A stretch of DNA of 64,000 bases from Phycisphaerae bacterium (GTDB lineage: Bacteria; Planctomycetota; Phycisphaerae; UBA1845; Fen-1342), in the NCBI GenBank assembly GCA_963675745.2, contig CAXXWX010000005.1, positions 64,001 through 128,000 of the forward strand, in the 5' to 3' direction. Positions 21,625 to 31,550 of the stretch are shown piece by piece. The notes under the pieces were generated by a model. It was not told the DNA's origin and searched no databases. It saw only the letters and a program-made list of their open reading frames with translations. Made by a program: the position numbers and the translations under genes. How positions within the stretch are numbered: the stretch's first letter is position 1; every line of letters begins with the position of its first letter.

Positions 21625-21916
21625 CTCGGAACAGCCTTCAGGGCAACATTCCTAAGTGCCGCTTGATACTGCTGTTATGAAAACGCCCTATCCGTGGCCA
21701 GTCCCCGGTTCGCCCCTTTGGCGGCAGTACCGCCTCCGCCGACTGTCAAACCGGCAGGCCACTTGCGCCGGCAACCAGAGCACGCCGGTACGCACACGAG
21801 CCGCCGGCTGATGCCTGCGGCTCGTGCGTGATCGTGCCGTGCTGGAGGAAACCGGCGGCCGATGGGCCAAACGCGACGGCGACACTCCGGCCACCTTCGG
21901 CGTTGTCAAGGCCGGA

Positions 21917-23962
21917 CTACTCCCCCTCGTCCAGCCCCAGGTGTTTGACGAATGCGTCCATCTGCGGCGGTCGCCCCAGGTAATCGGTCAACATCTCCAT
22001 TTCGTCGCGCGTCCCGCCGCGCGCCAGGATCTTCTCGCGAAACTCCGCCCCCGCCTCCGGGGCGAGCATCCCCTGCTGGCGGATTCTCTCGGCGATGTCG
22101 TGGGCGTAGACGAGCGACCACAAGTAGCTGTAGTAGCCCGCCTGATAGCCGAGCAAGTGGCCAAACCCCGCCTCGAAGAATGTATTCGGAGCCGCCGTGT
22201 AGAGAGTGACCTCAGTGTACGTGTCATTTCCGACGGTCGTGGTGTCGACGTCGCCATCGGTGTCGGTGTGGTAGCGCATGTCGGTCATGCCGAGCCAGAT
22301 CTGGGCCAGGTTCTTCAGCCCCGAGCAGAAGTTGCGCGCTTTGATCATGCGGTCAACCAGCTCGTCGGGAATCGGCTCGCCGGTCTTGTAGTGTTTCGCG
22401 AAGCGCTTGAGCACATCGCGATCCCAGACCCAGTTCTCGAACATCTGCGACGGAGTTTCTACGAAATCGGTCGTCGTGCGTGTGCCGCTGAACCGGTAGT
22501 AGCGTGACTCGCTCAGCAGCGTGTGCAGCCCGTGGCCATACTCGTGGAAGAACGTGACAAGCTGCTCGTGAGAAAGCAGCGGCGGCTTGTCCTCGCCGGG
22601 CGACGTGAAGTTGCAGAGCATCACGATGAGCGGCTTTTCGACCGTGCCGTCAAGCCACGTCTTGCGCGGGACGGCGCCCCAGCACCACGCCCCCTGGTCC
22701 TTGGCCTCGCGCGGGAACAGGTCCATGTAGATCGTGCCCATGGTCTTCCCGCTGGCTTTGTCGCGGACCTGAAACACGCGAATCTCGGGGTCCCAGACGG
22801 GCACCGGGTGCTTGCTCGCGTCATCGGTCACGTTTTCGTATGCGAGCCCGTAAAGCGTCCCGGTCACCATGAAAAGCCCGTCGAGAACGCTGTCGAGCGG
22901 GAAATACTCACGCACCTTCTCGGTGTCCACCGCGTAGTTCTCGCGCAGCAGCATATTCTGATAGAACGACTGATCCCACGGATTGAGCGTCGCCGCCGGG
23001 TCGCCGGTGTGACGCCGTTTGGCGGCCAGCAATTCGTCGAAATCCACTTGGGCCTTGCGCGTTACCAGTGGAATCAGATCTTCGTAAAACTTCCACACGG
23101 TCTCGACGTTCTTCGTCATCTCGGTCTCGAGCTGGTACGAAGCGACCGTGTCGTGGCCCAACAACTCCACCCGCTCGTGCCGCAGCTTGAGAATCTTCTT
23201 CAAGACGTCCACGTTGCGTTGCCCCGCCTGGCGGCGCGCGGCAATGTAGACCTTGTGGCGCGTCGTCTCGTTTTCGCAGAAGTCCTGAATCGGCGCGAAG
23301 ATCGGCCAGTCCAGCGGCACGATGTATAGCTCGCCGGACATCTTCTGCTTGAGCGCGTCAAGCACGTGTTGCGGCGTGCCCTTGAGCTCCTCGGCGGTGA
23401 GCAGGACTCGGGTGGGGTCTTCGTTGATGTTCCGGTCAAACTCGATGCTGAGCTCGGTCAGTTGTTTCTCAAGGCCTTTGAGCTTTTCGCGTTTTTCCGG
23501 TGGAAGTGCCATGCCGGCTCGCCGGTAGTCGCGCAGCAGGTGGTCCAGATAGCGCTGCTGCACCGGGTCGAGCTGAGGATTGCGCGCGGCGAGCGCCTGG
23601 ATCGCATGATACAGGTCCTCGCGTTTGCTGAACTCGGTGGCCCAGTCGCTTTCGTCCTTGTTGGCCTGCCACCCAAGATCGCGCTTGGCCGGGTCGGTCG
23701 AAACCGAGGCCATGAGCTGGGTGTACCAGACATCCTTCTGCAACTGCATCTGCATGTCATCAAGGGCGCCGATCGTGTTGTTGAAATCGCGCTGATCGTC
23801 CGGGATGTCGACGATCTGCTGTATGGCCGCGTCGGCCCGCTTGAGCGCATCGGCGATCGGTGAGTTCTCGGGGATTTCGTAGGCCAGGCCTGCCGATGTC
23901 GCCGCCAACGAGGCGAGGACACATCCCCAGGCAAGTGTACGTAGACGGATTAGTGAGCGCAT
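21917..23962 (-). CDS. M3A (thimet oligopeptidase/oligopeptidase A-like) metallopeptidase with signal peptide
   Basis: TFFHEYGHGLH, DFVETPSQMFENW, MDLFPREAK and GYYSYLWS motifs; start reassigned to ATG 23962. Confidence 0.93.
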   Translation of the reverse strand: MRSLIRLRTLAWGCVLASLAATSAGLAYEIPENSPIADALKRADAAIQQIVDIPDDQRDFNNTIGALDDMQMQLQKDVWYTQLMASVSTDPAKRDLGWQANKDESDWATEFSKREDLYHAIQALAARNPQLDPVQQRYLDHLLRDYRRAGMALPPEKREKLKGLEKQLTELSIEFDRNINEDPTRVLLTAEELKGTPQHVLDALKQKMSGELYIVPLDWPIFAPIQDFCENETTRHKVYIAARRQAGQRNVDVLKKILKLRHERVELLGHDTVASYQLETEMTKNVETVWKFYEDLIPLVTRKAQVDFDELLAAKRRHTGDPAATLNPWDQSFYQNMLLRENYAVDTEKVREYFPLDSVLDGLFMVTGTLYGLAYENVTDDASKHPVPVWDPEIRVFQVRDKASGKTMGTIYMDLFPREAKDQGAWCWGAVPRKTWLDGTVEKPLIVMLCNFTSPGEDKPPLLSHEQLVTFFHEYGHGLHTLLSESRYYRFSGTRTTTDFVETPSQMFENWVWDRDVLKRFAKHYKTGEPIPDELVDRMIKARNFCSGLKNLAQIWLGMTDMRYHTDTDGDVDTTTVGNDTYTEVTLYTAAPNTFFEAGFGHLLGYQAGYYSYLWSLVYAHDIAERIRQQGMLAPEAGAEFREKILARGGTRDEMEMLTDYLGRPPQMDAFVKHLGLDEGE

Positions 23963-24085
23963 GTCTGTTGAAGCCTCCGTTTTCAGGCCCGCAACAGAGC
24001 TCGGCCCAACCCCGAGCGGGCGGATAGTGAGCATACGCCTGCGCCACACGGAGACGGCTGCTGAGGCTCCGGTCGGGCGGCGTTC

Positions 24086-24553
24086 CTAGTCGATTCCCCC
24101 GATGTCCTGATTGAATACCAGCATGGTAATCATGGCCTCGCGCTGGTTGTGTTGCGCGGTAATCGCCATGAATCGCTGGATGCGCGCCCCCGCATCAGCT
24201 ATCAGCAGACGGTCGCTGCACTTTATCTGATCCAACTCGCCCGTGATCCACTCCGCCATTTTGAGGATTTCGTCATGCTCGTGCTTGATCCGCTCGACCT
24301 GATCAGACAACGTCGGCCGCACCTCGAGCACGTGCGCGAGATAGCCCCCCGAGCGTTTCACATCGTAGTTGATCTTCAGGTGCGATTTCAGCCGCTTGAA
24401 GCTCTCGCGCAAACCTCTCAACCAGTCGTCACACTCGACGCCCGGCTGCGCGACGATGTGCTCCTTGATCATGTGGTTGAGATCCAAAAGCGCCTTGTGC
24501 TGCTCCTGCATCCAGGCGGCCATTTCCTGTTCCGACATCGATCCTGAACTCAT
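24086..24553 (-). CDS. Hemerythrin-like four-helix protein
   Basis: EQHKAL...LKSHL...KHEHDEI...QHNQRE His spacing; GGAG RBS. Confidence 0.6.
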   Translation of the reverse strand: MSSGSMSEQEMAAWMQEQHKALLDLNHMIKEHIVAQPGVECDDWLRGLRESFKRLKSHLKINYDVKRSGGYLAHVLEVRPTLSDQVERIKHEHDEILKMAEWITGELDQIKCSDRLLIADAGARIQRFMAITAQHNQREAMITMLVFNQDIGGID

Positions 24554-24719
24554 TACGCGACTCCTTGCCGGCTAACGCATCCTGCGGCAGAACGACCGTC
24601 TATCTCGGCCGGAGTATATCCGAACAACCCGGCCAGTGGTAGCCAGCGCCGCGAGCAGCCCCTGGCCGGGGCCGCGACACCTGCGGCGGGAATTCCGCGC
24701 CGGTGGTTTCCGAGTTACT

Positions 24720-24903
24720 CGCCCCGCAGGGGCGCCTGAACATAGCCCAGTACGCAGTGCTGGGTTTCGATCGCGTACCCGGCCCTTGAGTCCCGCACGG
24801 GACGACTGAAAGCTCAGCCGTCCCGGTGGGACTGGGTCTTCACGTGGCGACGATTGCCCCAGCACTGCGTACTGGGCTATGTTCATTGCGTCCCTGCGGG
24901 ACG
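24720..24903. repeat. Composite REP/MITE-like palindromic element
   Basis: Perfect 28-bp inverted repeat (24737-24764 and 24858-24885), small terminal hairpins CGCCCCGCAGGGGCG and CGTCCCTGCGGGACG, internal GTCCC/GGGAC hairpins. Confidence 0.8.
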
Positions 24904-24993
24904 ACATGGCTACGGCCCCCGACTGTGTCACCGCCCCCCCGGGCCGTGTGCCGCCGGATAACACGCCGGATGCGTCCTTACGCGCCCCGCTCG

Positions 24994-27108
24994 CTATCCA
25001 TGCGCCGGCAGGTAATAATCGCGCGTGTAGTCGCCCAACATCCGGTGCGTACTGAACTGCCCGCACACGGACCGCATCGAAGCGTGCATCATCTTGACCC
25101 AGCGTTTCGGGATGCCGTCCCGACCGCGATCGTAAAACGCCGGCACGATTTCCCGTTCGAGCAACTCGTACAGCGCCCCCACGTCGTAGCTGTCCTGCCG
25201 CGCCTGGCTCTTGAACTGTCGGCCTTCCCCAATCTGCCAACCGTTCTTGCCGTTGTAGGCCTCCGGCCACCAGCCATCCGGGATCGAGCAGTTCAACCCG
25301 CCATGCAGCGGCGGCTTCATCCCGCTGGTACCCGAGGCCTCCCGTGGCCTGAGCGGGTTGTTGAGCCACACGTCGCACCCGCCGGTGAGCATGCGTCCGA
25401 CGTGCATGTCGTAATTCTCGAGCAGGACCACGCGCCCGTGAAAGCCGGCCCGGCGCGCGTGCCTGTAGATCTGTCGCGCAAAAGCCTGGCCGGCGGCGTC
25501 CGCCGGGTGGGCCTTGCCGGCGAAAACAAGCTGCACCGGCCGATTGGGATCACCCAGTATGCGCGCCAGGCGCCGGGCATCCTTGAATATCAGCGGCGCG
25601 CGCTTGTACGTGGCAAACCTGCGGGCGAATCCGATTGTCAGGGCACACTCGTCCAGCGTTTCGTATGCCGCCATCAGATCTTCCACCGGCCCCAGCCGAC
25701 GCCGAATCTGTTCGACCAGGCGCTGGCGGATGAAGAGCACCAGCTTGCGCCGCAGCACGCCGCGCGTTTTCCACAGCTCGGCCGGTGGAATCCGGCCGGC
25801 ATGCGACCACGGATTGCTGTCCGGCCGCGCGCCGAGCCATTTCGGCTTCAGATAGCGCGCGTACAGCGCGTCCATCTCGGGTGCCAGCCAGGTTTGAGAG
25901 TGAACGCCGTTGGTCACATACCCGATCGGGACGTCCTCAACGTGTGCGACATTATGCACGTGGCGCCACATTTCCCGCGAAACCTGCCCGTGAATCTTCG
26001 CCACACCGTTGCGGCGCTCACTGAGGTTAAGCGCCAGCACGGTCATGCAGAACGGCTCGGCCCGCGCGCGGGGATCTTCTCGCCCCAATGCCAGGAATCC
26101 GGCTCGCGATAACCCCAGATCGTTGGCCAGCGGGCCCAGGTAGCGCATAGTCAACTTGGGATCAAAGCGATCGTGGCCGGCGGGCACCGGGGTGTGCGTC
26201 GTGAAAACCGTTGATCCGCGCACCTTCTCAATCGCGGCTGCCTGTCCGACGCGCTTGCCGCGAAGCTGACGCAGTCGTTCGAGGGCACAGAACGCGGCGT
26301 GCCCTTCATTCAGATGAAACACCGTCGCGCGGATTCCGAGCTGTTGCAGCGCTCGCACACCGCCAATGCCCAGCACAATCTCCTGCTGAATTCGCGTTTC
26401 GCTGTCACCCCCGTATAGCTGCCGCGTGATTGCGCGATCGCGCGGCCGATTCTGCGGAATGTCCGTATCGAGCAGGTAGAGCGGAACGCGCCCGACCTGA
26501 AGACACCAGATCCTGGCGGCGACCACACGTTTGCCGAGCGGCACATCGACACACCGGCCCGTATCGGTCAGCGGGAAACGACCGAAGTCGTGGGCGTGAC
26601 GCGCCACGATTGTCGCGCCGTAGCGGTCAAACGACTGGTCGTAGAATCCCTCCCGATAAAGCAGCCCCACACCCACCAGCGGGATACCGAGGTCCGAAGC
26701 CGACTTGAGATGATCGCCCGCCAGCACACCCAGGCCGCCGGAGTACTGCGGGAACGACTCGTGGACGGCGAACTCGGCGCAGAAGTAGGCCACGCGCATG
26801 CGTCGCTGGCGCGGCGTCGCGGTCTTCTGAAACCAGGTCCTGGCGGACAAATAGCGCTTCAGGTCGCGCTCGACATTCGCCAGGTGCCGGACAGACGCGG
26901 CGTCGCCGGCAAGTTGCGCCAGACGCTGTGGTTCGAGGGTACGCAAAACATCGAGAGGCGCATGGTTGGTCGCCCGCCACTGCACCGGATCGAGTGCGGC
27001 GAAGAGGCGCTGCGCATCGTGATTCCAGGTCCACCACATATTCCGGGCGAGCGCATCAAGCCTGTCGTGCAGTTTCTCACCGACGTTGCGGCCGGTTTGC
27101 TTGGTCAT
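24994..27108 (-). CDS. glgP: Alpha-glucan (glycogen/maltodextrin) phosphorylase
   Basis: YSGGLGVLAGDHLK, HLNEGH, FTTHTP, ARRFATYKR, GKAHP and EASGTSGMK (PLP lysine) motifs. Confidence 0.96.
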   Translation of the reverse strand: MTKQTGRNVGEKLHDRLDALARNMWWTWNHDAQRLFAALDPVQWRATNHAPLDVLRTLEPQRLAQLAGDAASVRHLANVERDLKRYLSARTWFQKTATPRQRRMRVAYFCAEFAVHESFPQYSGGLGVLAGDHLKSASDLGIPLVGVGLLYREGFYDQSFDRYGATIVARHAHDFGRFPLTDTGRCVDVPLGKRVVAARIWCLQVGRVPLYLLDTDIPQNRPRDRAITRQLYGGDSETRIQQEIVLGIGGVRALQQLGIRATVFHLNEGHAAFCALERLRQLRGKRVGQAAAIEKVRGSTVFTTHTPVPAGHDRFDPKLTMRYLGPLANDLGLSRAGFLALGREDPRARAEPFCMTVLALNLSERRNGVAKIHGQVSREMWRHVHNVAHVEDVPIGYVTNGVHSQTWLAPEMDALYARYLKPKWLGARPDSNPWSHAGRIPPAELWKTRGVLRRKLVLFIRQRLVEQIRRRLGPVEDLMAAYETLDECALTIGFARRFATYKRAPLIFKDARRLARILGDPNRPVQLVFAGKAHPADAAGQAFARQIYRHARRAGFHGRVVLLENYDMHVGRMLTGGCDVWLNNPLRPREASGTSGMKPPLHGGLNCSIPDGWWPEAYNGKNGWQIGEGRQFKSQARQDSYDVGALYELLEREIVPAFYDRGRDGIPKRWVKMMHASMRSVCGQFSTHRMLGDYTRDYYLPAHG

Positions 27109-27190
27109 GGTGAGTCTCCAGCTTCCTGCGTGTAATCGTGTGTACCGATCGGCGTTTTCGGGCCTCGACAGCCCACACAGCGTCGTCCGC

Positions 27191-27246
27191 CACGATGATC
27201 ATTGCGGGACCACGAATATCATTGTGGGACCGGTTTTTAACCGGTC
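27191..27246. repeat. 20-bp imperfect tandem duplication plus REP-like hairpin
   Basis: CACGATGATCATTGCGGGAC / CACGAATATCATTGTGGGAC, then GACCGGTT-TTT-AACCGGTC. Confidence 0.6.
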
Positions 27247-27335
27247 ATGAGCACAGGCGGCGCCACCATGCGCCGGCATATCCCGATCTTCCACGCCTCC
27301 TCAGCCGACGGGGACGTCGGCCGCTGCGGTTTTGG

Positions 27336-28904
27336 TCAGTGGCGCCTCTTGGTCGTGCTCGGCAACGGGCGCACGCGGTCGTATGCCTCGGACAATCCGC
27401 GCAGCCGACGGGCGAGCCGCGCCGTCAGGCTCTTCGCCGGCAAGCGCCAGGTCCAGTTCCCGGTCGGTTTGCCCGGGACGTTCATCCTGGCGGCGTTGTC
27501 CAACTGGAGCACGTCCTGTACCGGGATAATCGCGGTGTTGGCCGACGATATGTAGGCGGCCCGGATCAGGTCCCAACATATTTCGTGCCCGTCGGTCCCG
27601 ACATAACGCAGCAGACGGTCGTATTGGGACAAGCCGCCCCGCGCCCGCCGTTGCCGCTTCGCTTCGCGTTTGATCCGCTGGAACCAGCCCAGAGCCGTCT
27701 CGTTGTCATGCGTGCCGGTGTACACCACGCAGTCAGGCGGATGGGCGTGCGGTTCATCATAAAACTGCTCGCCCCAGAACGCATTCAGCAACAGACGCAT
27801 CCCGGGGTAGCCGAACTTCTCGCGCAGCTTCACCGCCTGGGGCGTAACCAGCCCGAGGTCTTCCGCGATGATCTCGACGCGTCCCAACGCGCGAGTAACC
27901 GCGGAGAGCAACTCATCGCCTGGCGTGGGTATCCACTTCCCGCGCCGGGCCGTCTTGGCACGCCCCGGCACCGCCCACAGGCGACAGAACCCGAGAAAGT
28001 GGTCGATGCGCGCCCCGTCAAACTGCTCGACCAATCGCCGACAGCGCGCAATCCACCATGCCCACCTGGTCCTGCGATGTCGCGGCCAGGCGTAATGCGG
28101 GTGGTTCCAGAGTTGACCATCTTTCGAGAAATAGTCCGGCGGCACGCCGGTGACAATCTTCGGACGCCGCTGGGCGTCAAGTGCGAACAGCTCCGGGCTG
28201 CCCCAGACGTCGGCGCTGTCGGTCGCCACGAATATGGGCAGATCGCCCACCAGCCCCACGCCGCGCTTGCTGGCGTAGGCGCGCAATGCCGCCCACTGGC
28301 GGTCAAACTCGAACTGGCAGAACCGCTCGAAGTCGAGCTCGCCGGCGAAATCTCGCCGAAGTTGGCGCAGCTCGGCGCGGCTTGCCAGCCGCAAGGCCCG
28401 CGGCCACTCAAACCACGCCTTGCCATGATTCCGGCGTTTCAGCGTGGCGAACAGGGCCCAGTTGTCGAGCCACCCGCCTTGTTGCTGACAGTAGTGCTTG
28501 AACTCGGGATCGGTGAGCCCGCCGAGGTCGGCAAAACGCACAAAAGCCCGGCGCAGCCGCGCCAGGCGATAGCGCATCGTCGTGCCGAACACGACCCGCT
28601 CGTCGCGCAACCCGGCAACCGGTCGCAGGTCCGCCGACTTCAGCAGGCCCTCTTGCTTCAGACGATCGAGGCTGATCAGGTGCGGGCCGCCCGCGAATGC
28701 GGAGAGTGGGCTGTAGGGCGAATAACCCAGCCCCGGCGGGTTGGTCGGCAGCATCTGCCACCAGCGCTGGCCGGCGTCCGCCATGAAGTCCACAAAACGG
28801 TAGGCCGCCGGGCCAAGATCGCCGCTGCCGCCGTTGCCCGGTAACGAGGTCGGGTGCAGCAGCAGGCCGCAGGCCCGCTGATCAAAGCGAAACGCTGGTT
28901 TCAT
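27336..28904 (-). CDS. malQ: 4-alpha-glucanotransferase (amylomaltase, GH77)
   Basis: GLLLHPTSLPG, WQMLP, SPY, GVPPDYFS, RIDHF, IAEDLG, YTGTHDN and RMNVPG motifs. Confidence 0.97.
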   Translation of the reverse strand: MKPAFRFDQRACGLLLHPTSLPGNGGSGDLGPAAYRFVDFMADAGQRWWQMLPTNPPGLGYSPYSPLSAFAGGPHLISLDRLKQEGLLKSADLRPVAGLRDERVVFGTTMRYRLARLRRAFVRFADLGGLTDPEFKHYCQQQGGWLDNWALFATLKRRNHGKAWFEWPRALRLASRAELRQLRRDFAGELDFERFCQFEFDRQWAALRAYASKRGVGLVGDLPIFVATDSADVWGSPELFALDAQRRPKIVTGVPPDYFSKDGQLWNHPHYAWPRHRRTRWAWWIARCRRLVEQFDGARIDHFLGFCRLWAVPGRAKTARRGKWIPTPGDELLSAVTRALGRVEIIAEDLGLVTPQAVKLREKFGYPGMRLLLNAFWGEQFYDEPHAHPPDCVVYTGTHDNETALGWFQRIKREAKRQRRARGGLSQYDRLLRYVGTDGHEICWDLIRAAYISSANTAIIPVQDVLQLDNAARMNVPGKPTGNWTWRLPAKSLTARLARRLRGLSEAYDRVRPLPSTTKRRH

Positions 28905-28925
28905 CGGGCGCTTGCCTCGCCTGGA

Positions 28926-31412
28926 TCACTTGGGCGTCGCGGCGCGGACTACGACGCCGTCAACTGGCGGGAGCTGCAGAGTCAGTGTATCCGCCTTGCT
29001 CTTGAGCGCGCCGACTTCACCCCAGACGCCCTGCCACGCGGACGGCGAGCCTTTCGGCAACTTGACGCTGATCTCGCGCGGCTTGTCCGATGCGTTCAAA
29101 GCGACCACGAGCTGCTCGTTGGCGTCACTGCGCAGGAACGCCCACACATCCCGCTCGTCATCGACCAGGAGTGTCTCGAACAACCCGGTGCGCAAAGCCG
29201 GATGCGCATTGCGCAGCGCGATCGCTTTCTGGTAGTGCGCCAGGTGCTCGGTGATTACCGAGTTTTCTTCCGGCTTCTCGTAGGGCTCCAGGTCTTGCCA
29301 CAGCATCGGCTTGCGGCAGGTCGGGTCATCGGCGCCCCACATTCCCGCCTCGTCCCCGTAGAAGATCATCGGAGCGCCGATGTAGGTCATCTGGAGCAGC
29401 ACGATCAGCCGCGCTCGACGATAGGCTTCCGCGGGCGGCTTGTCATTGTTGTAGTTCGGGCCGCTGTCCTGCACACGGTTGGCGTCGTCATACTGGCGAT
29501 CGGGGTTGATGACCATTGATACCAGGCGGTCGGTGTCGTGGCTGTCCATCAGGTTTTGCAGCACGAGCGTCGCAGGCAGCGGATAGGCCAGCCGCAGGTC
29601 CGTCAGCCGCCGATCGAATTCGCTGACGCTGATCTTGTTCTCGTGATCGATGATCCAGCGGACCACCGCGTTGGCAAACTCGTAGTTCATGACCGCGTCG
29701 AAGTGTTCGCCGTCGAGCCACGTATCGGCCCGGTCCCAGATTTCCCCCGTGATATAGGCGTCCGGGTTGATCGATTTCACCAGGGCGCGCCACTCGACCC
29801 AGAACGGAGCGGGGATGCTGCCGGGCACATCCAGGCGCCAGCCGTCGATGCCGTCGCGCGGATCACCGTCGCCGTCCGGGTCCATCCAACGGCGCGTGAC
29901 ATTGAAAATGTGTTGCTTGGCCTCTTCACTTGCCAGACCGTTCGCCGACTTGCGAAACTCCGGCAGGGCGTCGAACCCGCCCCAGCCGACATACTCAAAG
30001 GGCTCCCACGACGTCACGCTGAACCAGTCGGCGTACGGCGAATCCTGTTTCTTCTCGAGCACATCGACAAACGCCGGATGGGCCGTGCCCACATGGTTGA
30101 ACACGCCGTCAATGATGATGTGAAGTCCGGCGGCGTGAACCTGCTCGATCAGCTTCAGGAAGCGCTTGTCGGACTTGGTCCACTTCCAGGTCGCGGGGTC
30201 ATTGAGATCCTCGCCGGCTGTGATTTTGTCGTAGTCATCAGCGGGCCCGGCGCCAAAGCACGGGTCTATGTGCAGGTAATTGCGTGTGTTGTATTTGTGG
30301 TGACCCTGGGCAATAAAGACCGGATTCAGGTATAGCGCACCGACGCCCAGTTTCTTAAGGTAACCGAGCTTCTCCGCCAGCCCATCAAAATCGCCGCCGT
30401 ACATGCGGTCAAACACATACCAGTTGTAAAATGACTGCCCCTGCGCCTCGCGCTCTTTCTCCCAGGGTTGAGCCGTAAACCAATCACTCGTCCACGGGTG
30501 CGCGGGCTGAACGTCGTTCGACGGGTCGCCGTTGCGGAAACGCTCGGGCATGATCTGGTACCAGACGGTGTGCTTGGCCCAATCCGGGGTCTTGAAGACT
30601 TGCGTGTCGGCGAAGCTCTTGGAGTACACGTTGGGGGCGCTGGCGCGCAGGTTGCCGTCTTCGAACACGAACGTGTAGCGGATCGTGGTGACATCGGGGT
30701 CGTCGTTGTCGCTCAACCGGACGTCGGCTTCGTACAGGTCAAACATCGGAGTTTCGCGCGCCAGGTGCATCGGCGTAAGCTCGCCCCCTTTGACCGCCAC
30801 CCAAGCGCGCTGTACGTCGTTGGCGAGCACGCGACAACGCAGTAACATGCGATCCGTCGCCAGCGGCTGAAAGTAGAGTGGCAGTTCGCCGCGGTGCTCG
30901 ATCCCCATGGCGTTTATGCGGCCATCGCCGCGCTGTGCCTCCGAAACCGACAGGTTGGCGAGTTCGCCGAGCCGCAGCAGCGAGTTGCTGCCGCCGCGCT
31001 GGTCGTCGGCCCCGTCAGGATTCTCCGGATCGGGAAACCACGCCCCGCCGTCCACGACAAACTTGTACTCGTGTCGTCCCGGCGCCAGGTCGACCGACGT
31101 CATCCAGTAGCCGTCGCCGCGCGGGCCACGCAGGCGCGTGGTGGTGGAGTTCCATCCGTTGAACGTGCCGGCGAGCGTGACCGATTGTGCGTCGGGACCG
31201 GGCTTGAAACGAAACGTGCAGTGCCACAGGCCGCCGTCGGCCATCTCGGCCTGAACGCTGGGGGGCAGACGCCCCGGGTCAGTCGCCATCTCTACTTCGA
31301 GTGGCGGTGCTGGTGGCCATGATCCCGCGACGGCAACCCCGGCGAGTAACCCCACGAACAGCAGCGCCCAGCCGCCCCGCATCATCAGCCCTTCATCACA
31401 ACGGTATCTCAT
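28926..31412 (-). CDS. Exported GH13 alpha-amylase/neopullulanase with CBM48-like domain
   Basis: Signal peptide; LAGTFNGW...YKFVVDG.W..DP (AMPK-CBM-like); WYQIMPERF, DGVFNH, GWRLD, GEIW and SHD catalytic regions. Start may be ~31386. Confidence 0.92.
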   Translation of the reverse strand: MRYRCDEGLMMRGGWALLFVGLLAGVAVAGSWPPAPPLEVEMATDPGRLPPSVQAEMADGGLWHCTFRFKPGPDAQSVTLAGTFNGWNSTTTRLRGPRGDGYWMTSVDLAPGRHEYKFVVDGGAWFPDPENPDGADDQRGGSNSLLRLGELANLSVSEAQRGDGRINAMGIEHRGELPLYFQPLATDRMLLRCRVLANDVQRAWVAVKGGELTPMHLARETPMFDLYEADVRLSDNDDPDVTTIRYTFVFEDGNLRASAPNVYSKSFADTQVFKTPDWAKHTVWYQIMPERFRNGDPSNDVQPAHPWTSDWFTAQPWEKEREAQGQSFYNWYVFDRMYGGDFDGLAEKLGYLKKLGVGALYLNPVFIAQGHHKYNTRNYLHIDPCFGAGPADDYDKITAGEDLNDPATWKWTKSDKRFLKLIEQVHAAGLHIIIDGVFNHVGTAHPAFVDVLEKKQDSPYADWFSVTSWEPFEYVGWGGFDALPEFRKSANGLASEEAKQHIFNVTRRWMDPDGDGDPRDGIDGWRLDVPGSIPAPFWVEWRALVKSINPDAYITGEIWDRADTWLDGEHFDAVMNYEFANAVVRWIIDHENKISVSEFDRRLTDLRLAYPLPATLVLQNLMDSHDTDRLVSMVINPDRQYDDANRVQDSGPNYNNDKPPAEAYRRARLIVLLQMTYIGAPMIFYGDEAGMWGADDPTCRKPMLWQDLEPYEKPEENSVITEHLAHYQKAIALRNAHPALRTGLFETLLVDDERDVWAFLRSDANEQLVVALNASDKPREISVKLPKGSPSAWQGVWGEVGALKSKADTLTLQLPPVDGVVVRAATPK

Positions 31413-31550
31413 CGGCGTATCTTCCTGGCTTCGTCTCGTACATGGATGCCGCGAGTGGCAAACGTTCCGCCTATGGTAATGGCGTAGGCGCCGTTAAGCC
31501 AATATCATGCGTCGATTAGACCGGAGTTGCGGCACTTGTCTGGGAGTGGA

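Noticed and set aside
21540..21680. CIRCE element before groES
   Set aside because: No TTAGCACTC-N9-GAGTGCTAA match; the TGGCA/TGCCA symmetry is explained by the sigma54 motif.
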